A DNA stretch of 64,000 bases from Gammaproteobacteria bacterium (lineage in GTDB: Bacteria > Pseudomonadota > Gammaproteobacteria > JBCCGL01). Where the stretch lies: assembly GCA_965277715.1 (NCBI GenBank), contig OZ255836.1, positions 64,001 to 128,000 of the forward strand. Direction: 5' to 3'. Below, one piece after another: positions 21,728-31,332 of the stretch. The notes under the pieces are model-generated. The model made no database searches and had not been told where the DNA came from. It was given only the letters and a program-made list of their open reading frames with translations. Position numbers and translations under genes: made by a program. How positions within the stretch are numbered: the stretch's first letter is position 1; each line of letters opens with the position of its first letter.

Positions 21728-22741
21728 TTATATAAACGAAGCACCCAATTCCGCTACAGGTCGGGCCATTGCCCCAACCTGTGCAGCGTCTCCGGCAGAG
21801 GCATTGCCATCAATGGATCGTTTTAATACTCCCTGAGTAATCGCCGCAAAACGAAAACACTGGAATGCCAGCCAGAATGCCCAGCTATGCGATGCTGCTA
21901 AGCGGGCTTTGTGTAAAAACCTAGCGAAAATTTCCTCTTCCTGCGGAATACCCAGTTCAACCCGTCGTTGTTCGGTAACACCGGAAAAATACCCCCCTTC
22001 AGGAAAGCGCAACATAGTCATCCAGTAAGTGATGTCTACCAGTGGATGGCCGAGTGTTGAGAGTTCCCAGTCGATAACCCCTATTACCCTTGGCTCCGTA
22101 GGGTGGATAATCATATTATCCAGGCGAAAATCACCATGGACCAGGCAAGGGTTGCCTGTATCCTGCGGCGTATTTGCGGGCAGCCATTCAATCAATAATT
22201 CCATCGCTTCGATCTTTTCCGTTTGTGCTGTTCTGTACTGCCGTGTCCAGCGGGAAATTTGCCGTTGCATAAAGTCACCATTGCGACCGAAATCGGCAAG
22301 CCCAACACTGTCGATATCAATGCTGGCGATATGCGTCACCATTTCGAGTTGTGATTGGTAGATAGCTGACCGCTCACCCCGGTTGAGTGATGGCAGCGCA
22401 GGGTCAGAGAATACCCTGCCCGATAAATACGCCATGACAAAGAATGCCGTGCCGATAATTGTTGTATCCTCACACAGGGCCAACATTTTTGGCACAGCGA
22501 CCCCCGTGGCGTCAAGCGCCTGCATTACCCGAAATTCTCGCTCTATTGCGTGAGCTGATTTCAGTAACACCCCCGGTGGCTTTTTGCGTAGTACGTATTG
22601 ACCTGATTGAGCGGTAATCAAGTAAGTGGGATTGGATTGACCGACAGGAAATTTTTTAATTGCAGTAAATCCTTCAAATCCCTCGATGTGGCTTTGTAGC
22701 CATGCCGCCAATGTCTTGGATTCAACGTCATATGTGTTCAT
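21728..22741 (-). CDS. APH-family phosphotransferase (ACAD10/11 N-terminal-like)
   Basis: GQSNPTY, LRKKPPG, LVHGDFRLDN, DWELSTLG. Confidence 0.9.
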   Translation of the reverse strand: MNTYDVESKTLAAWLQSHIEGFEGFTAIKKFPVGQSNPTYLITAQSGQYVLRKKPPGVLLKSAHAIEREFRVMQALDATGVAVPKMLALCEDTTIIGTAFFVMAYLSGRVFSDPALPSLNRGERSAIYQSQLEMVTHIASIDIDSVGLADFGRNGDFMQRQISRWTRQYRTAQTEKIEAMELLIEWLPANTPQDTGNPCLVHGDFRLDNMIIHPTEPRVIGVIDWELSTLGHPLVDITYWMTMLRFPEGGYFSGVTEQRRVELGIPQEEEIFARFLHKARLAASHSWAFWLAFQCFRFAAITQGVLKRSIDGNASAGDAAQVGAMARPVAELGASFI

Positions 22742-22814
22742 AGGCTTACTGCAAGGTGGCTTATTGCGTTAGGATAAAATCTGAATACTGAATAAAGCAA
22801 TATATCAACATACC

Positions 22815-24737
22815 ATGATGACTATAGATAACACGACCCATAACATACCTTCTCACCCATTGGATCCACTGAGTGCGCAGGAGCTGTCACTTGCTATCGA
22901 GGTGATTCGTCGTGAAAGGCATCTCGACGACCGGGTTTTGTTTGAACAGGTGAGGCTGAACGAGCCATCAAAACAGACCGTTCGCCACTTTTCTCCAGGT
23001 GGCAGTATAGAGCGCGAAGCATTTGCCGTTGTACTTGACCGTAATGCCGCCAAAACATTTGAAGCGTTGGTGTCATTGAATACTGCCAGCTTGAAATCCT
23101 GGGTGCACGTGCCCGGTGTGCAAGCCTGTATTCTTGCTGAAGAATGCGAGGAGATGGCTGATCAGGTCAAATCACACCCTGATTTTCTCGATGGCTTGAA
23201 GCGGCGTGGTATCGAAAATATCGCGCAGGTATCAGTAGAAGGGTTTGCTGTCGCCAACTTCGCAGCACCACAGGAACAGCACTTGCGCTTGCTACGGGCG
23301 CATTGTTTTTATGTGGAAAATCCAGGCGATAATGCGCATGTGCGCCCCATTGAAGGCCTGGTGCCCGTGATCGATTTGAATGCTATGCGGGTATTGCGGG
23401 TTGAAGATAACGGCGTAGTGCCGATTCCACCAGATCGTGGTGATTACCACGTTGAGCGACTTGAACCGACAAGGACACCGCTGGCCGCATTGAATATTAC
23501 ACAGCCCGATGGCCCGGATTTTGTTGTCGATGGCCATGCCGTAAGCTGGCAAAACTGGCATTTCAGAGTAGGGTTTACACCACGTGAAGGCTTAGTGTTG
23601 CACACGCTGTCATTCACCGAGGGCGACCAGTGCAGGCCTGTTATTTACCGTGCTTCACTGAGTGAGCTGGTGGTGCCTTATGGTGATACCGCAGGTGATC
23701 ACGCGATGAATCACTCGTTTGACCTGGGTGAAGGCGTGTTTGGCTCGGCGGTTAATTCACTGACGCTGGGGTGTGATTGCGTCGGTGAGATTTATTATTT
23801 CGATGTTAATCTCGTTAGTGCCTATGGCGATATTAAGCACCTGGCCAATGCAATCTGCATGCACGAAGAGGATTACGGTGTGTTATGGAAGCACACCGAT
23901 GCGCAAACCAAACGAACTGAAGTGCGCCGTTCGCGGCGTTTGGTCGTGTCTTCATTTTTCACTATTGGCAATTACGATTATGGTATTTTCTGGTATTTAT
24001 ATCTTGATGGCAGCATCGAATTTGAAGCTAAACTGACAGGCATGCTGTATACGCGGGCCGTCGAGCCAGGCGAGAAAACGCCTTATGGCCGGTTGGTTGC
24101 GCCGAACCTGAATGGCATGATGCATGAGCATTACTTCAATATACGCCTGGATATGTGTATTGATGGTGACGAAAACACACTCCTTGAAGTTGAGGCGGCA
24201 AGGGTTGAAACGGGGCCGTCTAACCTGCACGGCAATGCACATGGCGTTAAAGAAATCGCTATTACATCAGAAAAATACGCAGGTAGAGACACCAAGCCAG
24301 AGAATGCACGTTTCTGGAAAGTGATTAATCCATCGAAAAAAAATACGCTGGGCTGGCACCCTGGCTATAAACTTATTCCCGGTCCAACAATTAAACCGAT
24401 GCATCAACCTGGCTCGCCTTTTATGCGGCGAGCAGGGTTTGTCGGGCACGATTTATGGGTAACTGCTTATGATCCAGAGCAACTTTATGCGCCTGGTAAA
24501 TACGTTAACCAGCGCGAATATGGCCCAGGTATTCCAGAGTGGGTGAAACAGGATCGACCACTGCTGGGTTCGGATATTGTACTCTGGCATACGATGGGGG
24601 TAATGCATTTACCCCGGCCTGAAGATTTTCCGGTCATGCCGGTCGAATATGTCGGATTCATGTTGAAGCCTGTGGGGTTTTTCGAACGAAACCCAGCGTT
24701 GAATTTAGCGCCGCCAGGGTGTCATGGTAGTCGCTGA
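22815..24737 (+). CDS. Copper/TPQ primary-amine oxidase
   Basis: HPLDPLS, TPQ motif GNYDY, Cu ligands HEH and H, EDFPVMP. Confidence 0.93.
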   Translation: MMTIDNTTHNIPSHPLDPLSAQELSLAIEVIRRERHLDDRVLFEQVRLNEPSKQTVRHFSPGGSIEREAFAVVLDRNAAKTFEALVSLNTASLKSWVHVPGVQACILAEECEEMADQVKSHPDFLDGLKRRGIENIAQVSVEGFAVANFAAPQEQHLRLLRAHCFYVENPGDNAHVRPIEGLVPVIDLNAMRVLRVEDNGVVPIPPDRGDYHVERLEPTRTPLAALNITQPDGPDFVVDGHAVSWQNWHFRVGFTPREGLVLHTLSFTEGDQCRPVIYRASLSELVVPYGDTAGDHAMNHSFDLGEGVFGSAVNSLTLGCDCVGEIYYFDVNLVSAYGDIKHLANAICMHEEDYGVLWKHTDAQTKRTEVRRSRRLVVSSFFTIGNYDYGIFWYLYLDGSIEFEAKLTGMLYTRAVEPGEKTPYGRLVAPNLNGMMHEHYFNIRLDMCIDGDENTLLEVEAARVETGPSNLHGNAHGVKEIAITSEKYAGRDTKPENARFWKVINPSKKNTLGWHPGYKLIPGPTIKPMHQPGSPFMRRAGFVGHDLWVTAYDPEQLYAPGKYVNQREYGPGIPEWVKQDRPLLGSDIVLWHTMGVMHLPRPEDFPVMPVEYVGFMLKPVGFFERNPALNLAPPGCHGSR

Positions 24738-24844
24738 TAATATGCCTACTTCTCTATTAAACAGTATTTGCGTTAACGCTGGGGCTCGGGGTAAGGCGTA
24801 GCGGTGCACAATCGTTTTCGACAACTCACCGTTGTAAAAATCTT

Positions 24845-25429
24845 TCAGGTCCCAGTGTTTAGAAAATTCTGCAACAATGCGTGGCCGTGTTCGCTCATTA
24901 TCGATTCGGGGTGGAATTGAACTCCTTCAATTGCCAGTGTTTTGTGTCGAAGGCCCATAATTTCATCGATTTCACCATTGGCTGTTTGTGTCCAGGCAGT
25001 GACTTCCAGGCACTCGGGTAAACAGGCTTTATCGACCACCAGTGAGTGGTAACGCGTTGCCTGAAAGGGCGAGGGAATATGGGCAAACACACCGCAGTTG
25101 TTGTGATAAACCATCGATAACTTGCCGTGCATAATGTCTGTGGCAGAGGTGATTTTACCCCCGTAAACCTGACCAATACATTGATGACCCAGGCAAACCC
25201 CTAATAACGGTATCTTGCCTGCTATTGCCTCGATGATTGCCATCGATATGCCCGCATCATTTGGTGTGCCTGGCCCGGGCGAAATCATTATACGCTCTGG
25301 TGACAGTTCACTTAATTGCGCAATACTGATTTTGTCATTGCGGTATACCTCGACATTACCGCCAAGCTCGCTCAGGTACTGTACGAGATTAAAGGTAAAC
25401 GAATCATAATTATCGATCACTAACAACAT
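24845..25429 (-). CDS. trpG: Anthranilate/aminodeoxychorismate synthase component II
   Basis: DNYDSFT, SPGPG, GVCLGHQ, QFHPES. Confidence 0.93.
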   Translation of the reverse strand: MLLVIDNYDSFTFNLVQYLSELGGNVEVYRNDKISIAQLSELSPERIMISPGPGTPNDAGISMAIIEAIAGKIPLLGVCLGHQCIGQVYGGKITSATDIMHGKLSMVYHNNCGVFAHIPSPFQATRYHSLVVDKACLPECLEVTAWTQTANGEIDEIMGLRHKTLAIEGVQFHPESIMSEHGHALLQNFLNTGT

Positions 25430-26251
25430 CTACAGATCCTCCCGCACGGTAGTTGCCTGGTTATCCATGCGTTGTTCTAGGCGCACCAACGCTGCACGCG
25501 TTGCCTCCAGTTCGCGCAGGATATCGCCCTGAGTAGGCGCCTCCCGCAATGCTTCGAGCTGTTCGAGCTTGGCCTCTTCCAGATTGTTCAATACCACGGC
25601 AATAAACAAATTGACGATGACGAATGTGCCAACGATAACGAAGCTGACGAAGTACACCCAGGCCATCGGGTGTAGTGCCATCGCTGTGTACATGACATCG
25701 GTCCAGTCTTCGAGTGTCACTATGCGAAACAAGGTGAGCAGTGAAACGCCTAAATTGCGCCAATGGGTGGGGTCGTGCTCAGCAAATAAGTGGTAACCAC
25801 ATACAGCGTAGATATAAAAAATAACTGACATGAGGAGCACCACATGCCCCATGCTTGGCAGTGAACGAATTAATGTGCTGACAATAAGGCGCAGTTTTGG
25901 CACGGTGGAAATCAGCCGCAATACGCGCAGCAAGCGCGCCAGCCGTGCGATCATGGCAAACTGGCCCGTAGCCGGTATCAGGGAAAACAGGATGATAGAG
26001 AAATCGAACAGGTTCCAGCCATCGCTAAAATAGCGCCCATAACGTGGCGCGACGGCGATGATTTTTATAGCCGCTTCCAGTATAAACATACCGAGGATAA
26101 CCCGGTTGGCCAAGACCATTTCGTGGTGATAGGCTGTGCGAATTACTTCAATGGTTTCCAGGCCAAGCAGTACCGCGCTGAATAAAATCAGGCCAATAAC
26201 AGTGCGCTCAAATAAGGGATTGGCAATCAGTTGTCGGCACAGTAGTCGCAT
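25430..26251 (-). CDS. Bacterial voltage-gated cation channel (BacNav-like, 6TM)
   Basis: S4 RLARLLRVLRLIS, filter TLEDWTD, S6 IVNLFIAVVLNN, C-terminal coiled coil. Confidence 0.92.
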   Translation of the reverse strand: MRLLCRQLIANPLFERTVIGLILFSAVLLGLETIEVIRTAYHHEMVLANRVILGMFILEAAIKIIAVAPRYGRYFSDGWNLFDFSIILFSLIPATGQFAMIARLARLLRVLRLISTVPKLRLIVSTLIRSLPSMGHVVLLMSVIFYIYAVCGYHLFAEHDPTHWRNLGVSLLTLFRIVTLEDWTDVMYTAMALHPMAWVYFVSFVIVGTFVIVNLFIAVVLNNLEEAKLEQLEALREAPTQGDILRELEATRAALVRLEQRMDNQATTVREDL

Positions 26252-27774
26252 CACATACTCTCCGTTGTTTGCTGTTTTGTGTTGGTTTGCCGCTCTCCCA
26301 GTCTCGTCAGGCCCTTTTCGGCAAGGGTTACCGCACGAAACACGGCGCGTGCCTTGTTCATGGTTTCATCCCATTCGCTTTGCGGCACTGAGTCATACAC
26401 CAGCCCGGCACCTGCCTGAATATGCAGCACATCATCTTTAATAACCGCTGTGCGAATGGCGATGGCGGTATCCATATTGCCGTTCCAGGCCAGATAACCT
26501 ACCGCACCGCCATAGATACCGCGTTTAACGGGTTCGAGTTCGTCGATAATCTCCATTGCGCGTACCTTTGGCGCGCCACTTAGCGTGCCCGCAGGAAAGG
26601 TGGCACGCAATACGTCGATAGCGGATAGGCCTTTTTTGAGTTTGCCGACCACATTGGAAACGATATGCATCACATGCGAGTAGCGCTCAATAACCATTTT
26701 ATCAGTCAGCTCAACGCTGCCTGTCTCGGCAACCCGGCCAGTATCATTACGCCCCAGGTCGATTAACATCAAATGCTCGGCAATCTCTTTTGGGTCTGCC
26801 AGTAAATCCGCTTCCAGTGCACGGTCTTCAGTGTCGTTAGCGCCACGTGGGCGGGTGCCTGCAATAGGGCGTACTGTGACCTCGCCCGCTTCGAGCCGCA
26901 CCAGAATTTCCGGGGATGAACCAACCACAAAGTGATCACCGAGGTTGAGGTAGAACATATAGGGTGATGGATTTAACAGGCGTAGCGAGCGGTATAAATC
27001 CAGCGGCGGTGCACTAAAGGGCGTCGATAAGCGCTGTGATAACACCACCTGCATACACTCCCCTTCGGTAATGTAGCGACGACAAGTCTCAACGCCTTGT
27101 TTGTACTCCGCCTCGCTGTAACCGGATACGAAATCACACTCCTGCACTTCACGGGGTGATACCTGGGGTTGCTGTGGCAGTGGTTTACCTAAATCATCGA
27201 TGATGTGTTGCAGGCGTAACTCGCCATCGGCAAGCGCCTGGGGGTGATCCGGGTCGATATGAATAACGACAAATAATTTGCCATTGAGGTTGTCAAATAC
27301 CAGCACCTGATCGGCGAGCATCAATAAAATATCGGGTGTGTTGATTGGGTCAGGGTGTTTGTTTGGCCCTAACCGTGGCTCGATATAGCGCACAGTGTCA
27401 TAGCCAAAATAACCTACCAGCCCACCGGTAAATACCGGCAAACCCTCAACCTCGGGTACGCGGAACTGTTTTTGGTAGTGTTCAATCCAGTCGAGTGGGT
27501 CTTCAGCATGCAGTTGTTCAACCGTGTTACCAGACTCGCTAATCGTGATGTGCTGTCCATGTACTTGCACCACCCGCCGCGCTGGCAGGCCGATAATTGA
27601 ATAGCGACCCCATTTTTCGCCGCCGTGCACCGACTCGAACAAAAACGAATACGGTTGTGCTGCCAGCTTTAGATAGACAGAGAGAGGGGTATCGAGGTCA
27701 GCCAATACCTCGCGGTACAGGGGGATGCGGTTATAACCAAGGCTGGTGTAGTGGTCAAATTGTTCAGGTGTCAT
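26251..27774 (-). CDS. trpE: Anthranilate synthase component I
   Basis: [53 protein letters not shown]. Confidence 0.97.
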   Translation of the reverse strand: MTPEQFDHYTSLGYNRIPLYREVLADLDTPLSVYLKLAAQPYSFLFESVHGGEKWGRYSIIGLPARRVVQVHGQHITISESGNTVEQLHAEDPLDWIEHYQKQFRVPEVEGLPVFTGGLVGYFGYDTVRYIEPRLGPNKHPDPINTPDILLMLADQVLVFDNLNGKLFVVIHIDPDHPQALADGELRLQHIIDDLGKPLPQQPQVSPREVQECDFVSGYSEAEYKQGVETCRRYITEGECMQVVLSQRLSTPFSAPPLDLYRSLRLLNPSPYMFYLNLGDHFVVGSSPEILVRLEAGEVTVRPIAGTRPRGANDTEDRALEADLLADPKEIAEHLMLIDLGRNDTGRVAETGSVELTDKMVIERYSHVMHIVSNVVGKLKKGLSAIDVLRATFPAGTLSGAPKVRAMEIIDELEPVKRGIYGGAVGYLAWNGNMDTAIAIRTAVIKDDVLHIQAGAGLVYDSVPQSEWDETMNKARAVFRAVTLAEKGLTRLGERQTNTKQQTTESM

Positions 27775-27808
27775 AGCATTACATCAAATCAGAGGGTAGT
27801 GGGTAGTA

Positions 27809-27886
27809 TCAAACAACGTGCATAGCACGATGCCATCGCCAACCCCTCACTGATTTGGTGTATACAGACATACATAAACATCGCAT
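27809..27886 (-). promoter_or_regulatory. Putative trp leader peptide (TrpL-like), alternative start at 27871
   Basis: MRCLCMSVYTKSVRGWRWHRAMHVV*, two Trp codons, stop 34 nt upstream of trpE. Confidence 0.6.
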
Positions 27887-28075
27887 AAAAAAACGGTGCA
27901 ATGATAACCTGAAATACCCTTGAGTGGTCAAGTATGGGATGCGTACTTTATCGAAATTGATGTTTATTTTTGCTTAATTCAGATTATAGACGGCCAGACT
28001 GTGTACTAGGTGTAAAACGGCCATGTGTTAAGCTACAACTCCTATCTTGCCGTTAATTCTCTGCTGGGAAAAACC

Positions 28076-28861
28076 ATGAATCTGCCTCAACCACGCACCC
28101 GAAAAAATTTTTCTTTGATTGGGTTGGGGGCGCTTGCGTTTAAATTATTTAAGAGCGTCAAAGTGATAAAAGTGGCCTTGCTTGGCCTGAGTGCGGGGGC
28201 TTATTCACTGTTGTTCTCGTGGCAATTTGCCGCTGTGTTGTTGGCCTGTATTGTGTTTCATGAGTATGGGCATATCAGGGCCATGCGCTATTTTGGTATG
28301 AAAACCAAGGGCATTTACCTGATACCGTTTGTCGGTGGCCTGGCAGTGACCGATCAACGCATCGAAACCCGTTGGCAGGATGTGACTATTTCGATTATGG
28401 GGCCGGTATTTGGCTTGCTGCTAAGCCTGGCGGCGGCGCTGGTTTATGTGCTTACCGGTCAGGTTTTTTGGGCGGCGATTGCCTCGTTTAACGCGTTTAT
28501 CAATATCTTTAATTTGTTGCCGATTATGCCGCTGGACGGTGGGCGTATTATCAAAAGTATTGCCTTTTCACTGCATGGCATTGTCGGTTTTGCAGCGGCA
28601 GTTGTCGGGTTGTTGGTGGGTATATTTTTTCTGGTGTATTTTAAAATCTATCTATTGGTGTTATTGCTGATCATCGGCCTGCTGGATTTAATAGGCGAGT
28701 GGAGAATACGTGGGATGTCACCTATAAGACCGATGAACGCTTATGCGTGCCAGGTTGCCTTCGCCTGGTATGCCCTGGTATTGGGTGGGTTGATCGCGAT
28801 TATCTGGCAATTCGCGAGTATTGAGGGGTTGGGGATACCGTTGATGGTTTTAAGTAGCTGA
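28076..28861 (+). CDS. Site-2 protease (M50) family membrane metalloprotease
   Basis: HEYGH, MGP, NLLPIMPLDGG. Confidence 0.9.
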   Translation: MNLPQPRTRKNFSLIGLGALAFKLFKSVKVIKVALLGLSAGAYSLLFSWQFAAVLLACIVFHEYGHIRAMRYFGMKTKGIYLIPFVGGLAVTDQRIETRWQDVTISIMGPVFGLLLSLAAALVYVLTGQVFWAAIASFNAFINIFNLLPIMPLDGGRIIKSIAFSLHGIVGFAAAVVGLLVGIFFLVYFKIYLLVLLLIIGLLDLIGEWRIRGMSPIRPMNAYACQVAFAWYALVLGGLIAIIWQFASIEGLGIPLMVLSS

Positions 28862-30121
28862 TAGGGTGTTGCCACAAAGCAGGCCAAGCGGTAGCGCAAA
28901 AAAACGATTGTCCCCCCAGCGAAATGGCAATATCTGCTGGCCCGCGTAAAACAGGTAGCCCTGTTTGAACCGCTCCTCAGCAAATTCTGCCAGTTTGCCG
29001 AGGCCTTTAAAGTCCGCTTTGTTGACACTGGCAGATGCCTTGACTTCGATGCCAATAATAGTGCCATCACTCCTCTCCAGAACAATATCAACTTCATTTT
29101 TCTGCTTATCTCGAAAGTGGTATAACGCGGTTTCCTCTTGTGCCCAACCGGCCTGTTTGCAGCATTCCATATAGAGCAGGCTCTCCAGTAAACCGCCGTA
29201 ATGCGGGCTATTTAGTAGTTGCGCTCCGCTGCGAATGCCCAATAAATAACAGGCCAGTCCTGTATCGACGAAGTGTACTTTGGGTATGCGCGTGGCTTGT
29301 CGTTTTGACCGGTTTTTTAAGTAGGCGGGTACACGCCGTAGAATAAACATCAGGTCGAGTATTTCACTGTAGTTTTTTGCCAGTTTGTCATCCAATTCAA
29401 GGTCATTGGCAATACTGGCGTATTTGAGCAGATTGCCACTTAAACCGGCGAGATAAGGGGCTAGTGCCTGTATCTTGGCGTGATAGTCACCGCGTGCGGC
29501 GTAGAGGCTTTCAAAGTCTTTGTACAGGCGGCCTTCAATATAGGATTTAAACCAGAATGACCGCATCCGGGGGCTTTTATTCTGTATTTCCGGGTATCCT
29601 CCGTTCACTACCCAATTGGCTATTTGCTCGCGGTTTATTGCAGGAATTACAGTAGATTGAAAATCTCCGGCCAACATGCAGTCGATAATATTGCATGGCT
29701 GGGATGATATTTCGCCAAGGGATAAAGGGTATAGCTCCAGGCGTGCCATATGTCCGGGAAGTGCTTCTTGCGTATGCGCAGAGCGAAAGATGTCCGCTGA
29801 GCCGGTCAACAGAAACCGGCCTTTTTCATTGGTGTCGAGATTATCTGAAATGTATTTAATGGCGGGTATTAATTCTGGCGCATATTGAAATTCGTCAAGT
29901 ACGGTTTTTTTTGCCCCCAGTGATTGTATAAACCCATGTGGGTCGTTGCGTGCGGATGCCAGGGCTGCCTGATTATCAAGGCTGATATAGTCCATACCCA
30001 GTTGTTTGGCTGTCGAGCGCGCCAGCGTGGTTTTACCTGCCTGTCGCGGGCCGGTGAGATAGAGTATGCGAAAAGTTGCCAGTAACTCTCCAATAATAGG
30101 TTCCAGATTTCTTGCGTACAT
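28850..30121 (-). CDS. AAA+ ATPase with DUF4143 domain and C-terminal PD-(D/E)xK-like motif
   Basis: GPRQAGKT, LDEFQ, LTGS, GGYPE, EVDIV...IEVK. Confidence 0.88.
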   Translation of the reverse strand: MYARNLEPIIGELLATFRILYLTGPRQAGKTTLARSTAKQLGMDYISLDNQAALASARNDPHGFIQSLGAKKTVLDEFQYAPELIPAIKYISDNLDTNEKGRFLLTGSADIFRSAHTQEALPGHMARLELYPLSLGEISSQPCNIIDCMLAGDFQSTVIPAINREQIANWVVNGGYPEIQNKSPRMRSFWFKSYIEGRLYKDFESLYAARGDYHAKIQALAPYLAGLSGNLLKYASIANDLELDDKLAKNYSEILDLMFILRRVPAYLKNRSKRQATRIPKVHFVDTGLACYLLGIRSGAQLLNSPHYGGLLESLLYMECCKQAGWAQEETALYHFRDKQKNEVDIVLERSDGTIIGIEVKASASVNKADFKGLGKLAEFAEERFKQGYLFYAGQQILPFRWGDNRFFALPLGLLCGNTLSAT

Positions 30122-30158
30122 GGCATTTCAGGCTGTGTATAGTCGCTTGTAGTCTAGC

Positions 30159-30224
30159 CTTAACCCGAGAAATATCAACTCTTAACCCGAGAAATATTAT
30201 CTCTTAACCCGAGAAATATAACAT
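30159..30224. repeat. Three 22-bp direct repeats in the ATPase promoter region
   Basis: CTTAACCCGAGAAATAT at 30159, 30181 and 30203. Confidence 0.92.
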
Positions 30225-30324
30225 TTAGCTTACTGGTACGCTTTATTTACGCAATGGCAGGGCTATCCAGTGCGCACGATGTAATACTTGCAGATTTCTA
30301 CACCGATAACCTCTCTTAAATACA

Positions 30325-31083
30325 CTATTCTGGTAGAGAGTAAAGTACATCACTGCGAATGATGTATTTCACGCCTGAGGTAATCGCTTCACCCGCGTGC
30401 AGGCAGTGCTGTGGATGAAAGCCATGCGGAAAGCACAAGGCTGCGCCTCTGGGGGTCGATACAGCGACCGTATCGGGCACTGATTTTGGTTGCCCGATTG
30501 TATTATCGGTAAAAAATAATGTGCGGCCACCACTGTATTCTTCTGACAGAAACAATAAAAATGTCATCTGGCTCTCACGGTCGCCGTAGGCATCATGCAC
30601 CAGTTGCCGGTTGACAATACGGCTGCCCGGCCAGGCGCCATCGGTATGGGGTTTAAAAAAATCGCCTTCACTGTAGCGGTAGAAGCGAAACCGCGCATTC
30701 AACCCCAGTGCCTGTTGGCCGTTAATGCGTTCATCAATCAGGCCACGACAACGCGCCCAAATAGGTTCATCGACAGAGGCGTCGACCACCCAGTTCAGGT
30801 TGTGGTTGTGGCGGATGCTGTGTGGCAGTGACACGGGGGAATCAGCGTGATACCCAAGTGATTCGGTGATACGTATAAATTGATCGCATTCATTGGTGGT
30901 CAGTACATTAAAAAGTTGAAATACACCGGGAACGGCATCGATATCCTGCCGGGTAACGGTGGAGCTGGTGGCGTTATCGAATGCGATAACCCCTGTGCCA
31001 GTATCTGCCCATGTTGGCAATGCCGGTGTTTCTCTTCCCGGTTCATAGGCCGCTGTGTAGAAGTTGTTTGTAGTGTCAGTCAT
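30325..31083 (-). CDS. 2OG-Fe(II) oxygenase (prolyl-4-hydroxylase-like)
   Basis: RFYRY, HTD, distal H (LHAG), KYIIR. Confidence 0.85.
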   Translation of the reverse strand: MTDTTNNFYTAAYEPGRETPALPTWADTGTGVIAFDNATSSTVTRQDIDAVPGVFQLFNVLTTNECDQFIRITESLGYHADSPVSLPHSIRHNHNLNWVVDASVDEPIWARCRGLIDERINGQQALGLNARFRFYRYSEGDFFKPHTDGAWPGSRIVNRQLVHDAYGDRESQMTFLLFLSEEYSGGRTLFFTDNTIGQPKSVPDTVAVSTPRGAALCFPHGFHPQHCLHAGEAITSGVKYIIRSDVLYSLPE

Positions 31084-31332
31084 ATCCGTTTCATTAATTT
31101 AGGGCAAGCTGCTAGTACACCGTCTATCTTATATTGGCGGGTTCAGTTAGCCCACAAGTGTGGCAGATCAAGGCGTTTTTGCGCAATCACAAAGGTGGTT
31201 TTAAAAAGTATTTTAACGCCGGGAAGAGATGTTAAGGGTTGGAATGCTTATCGCAGGTGGTCAAAGTGTGTGAGGTCGTCTGTATTCACCTACTCACCTT
31301 TGGGGCGGCGCTTAGCTTTATCGGGATGGCGT

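Noticed and set aside
30159-30224. Possible mini-CRISPR array
   Set aside because: Only 5 variable bases between cores, no spacers, no cas genes in the window
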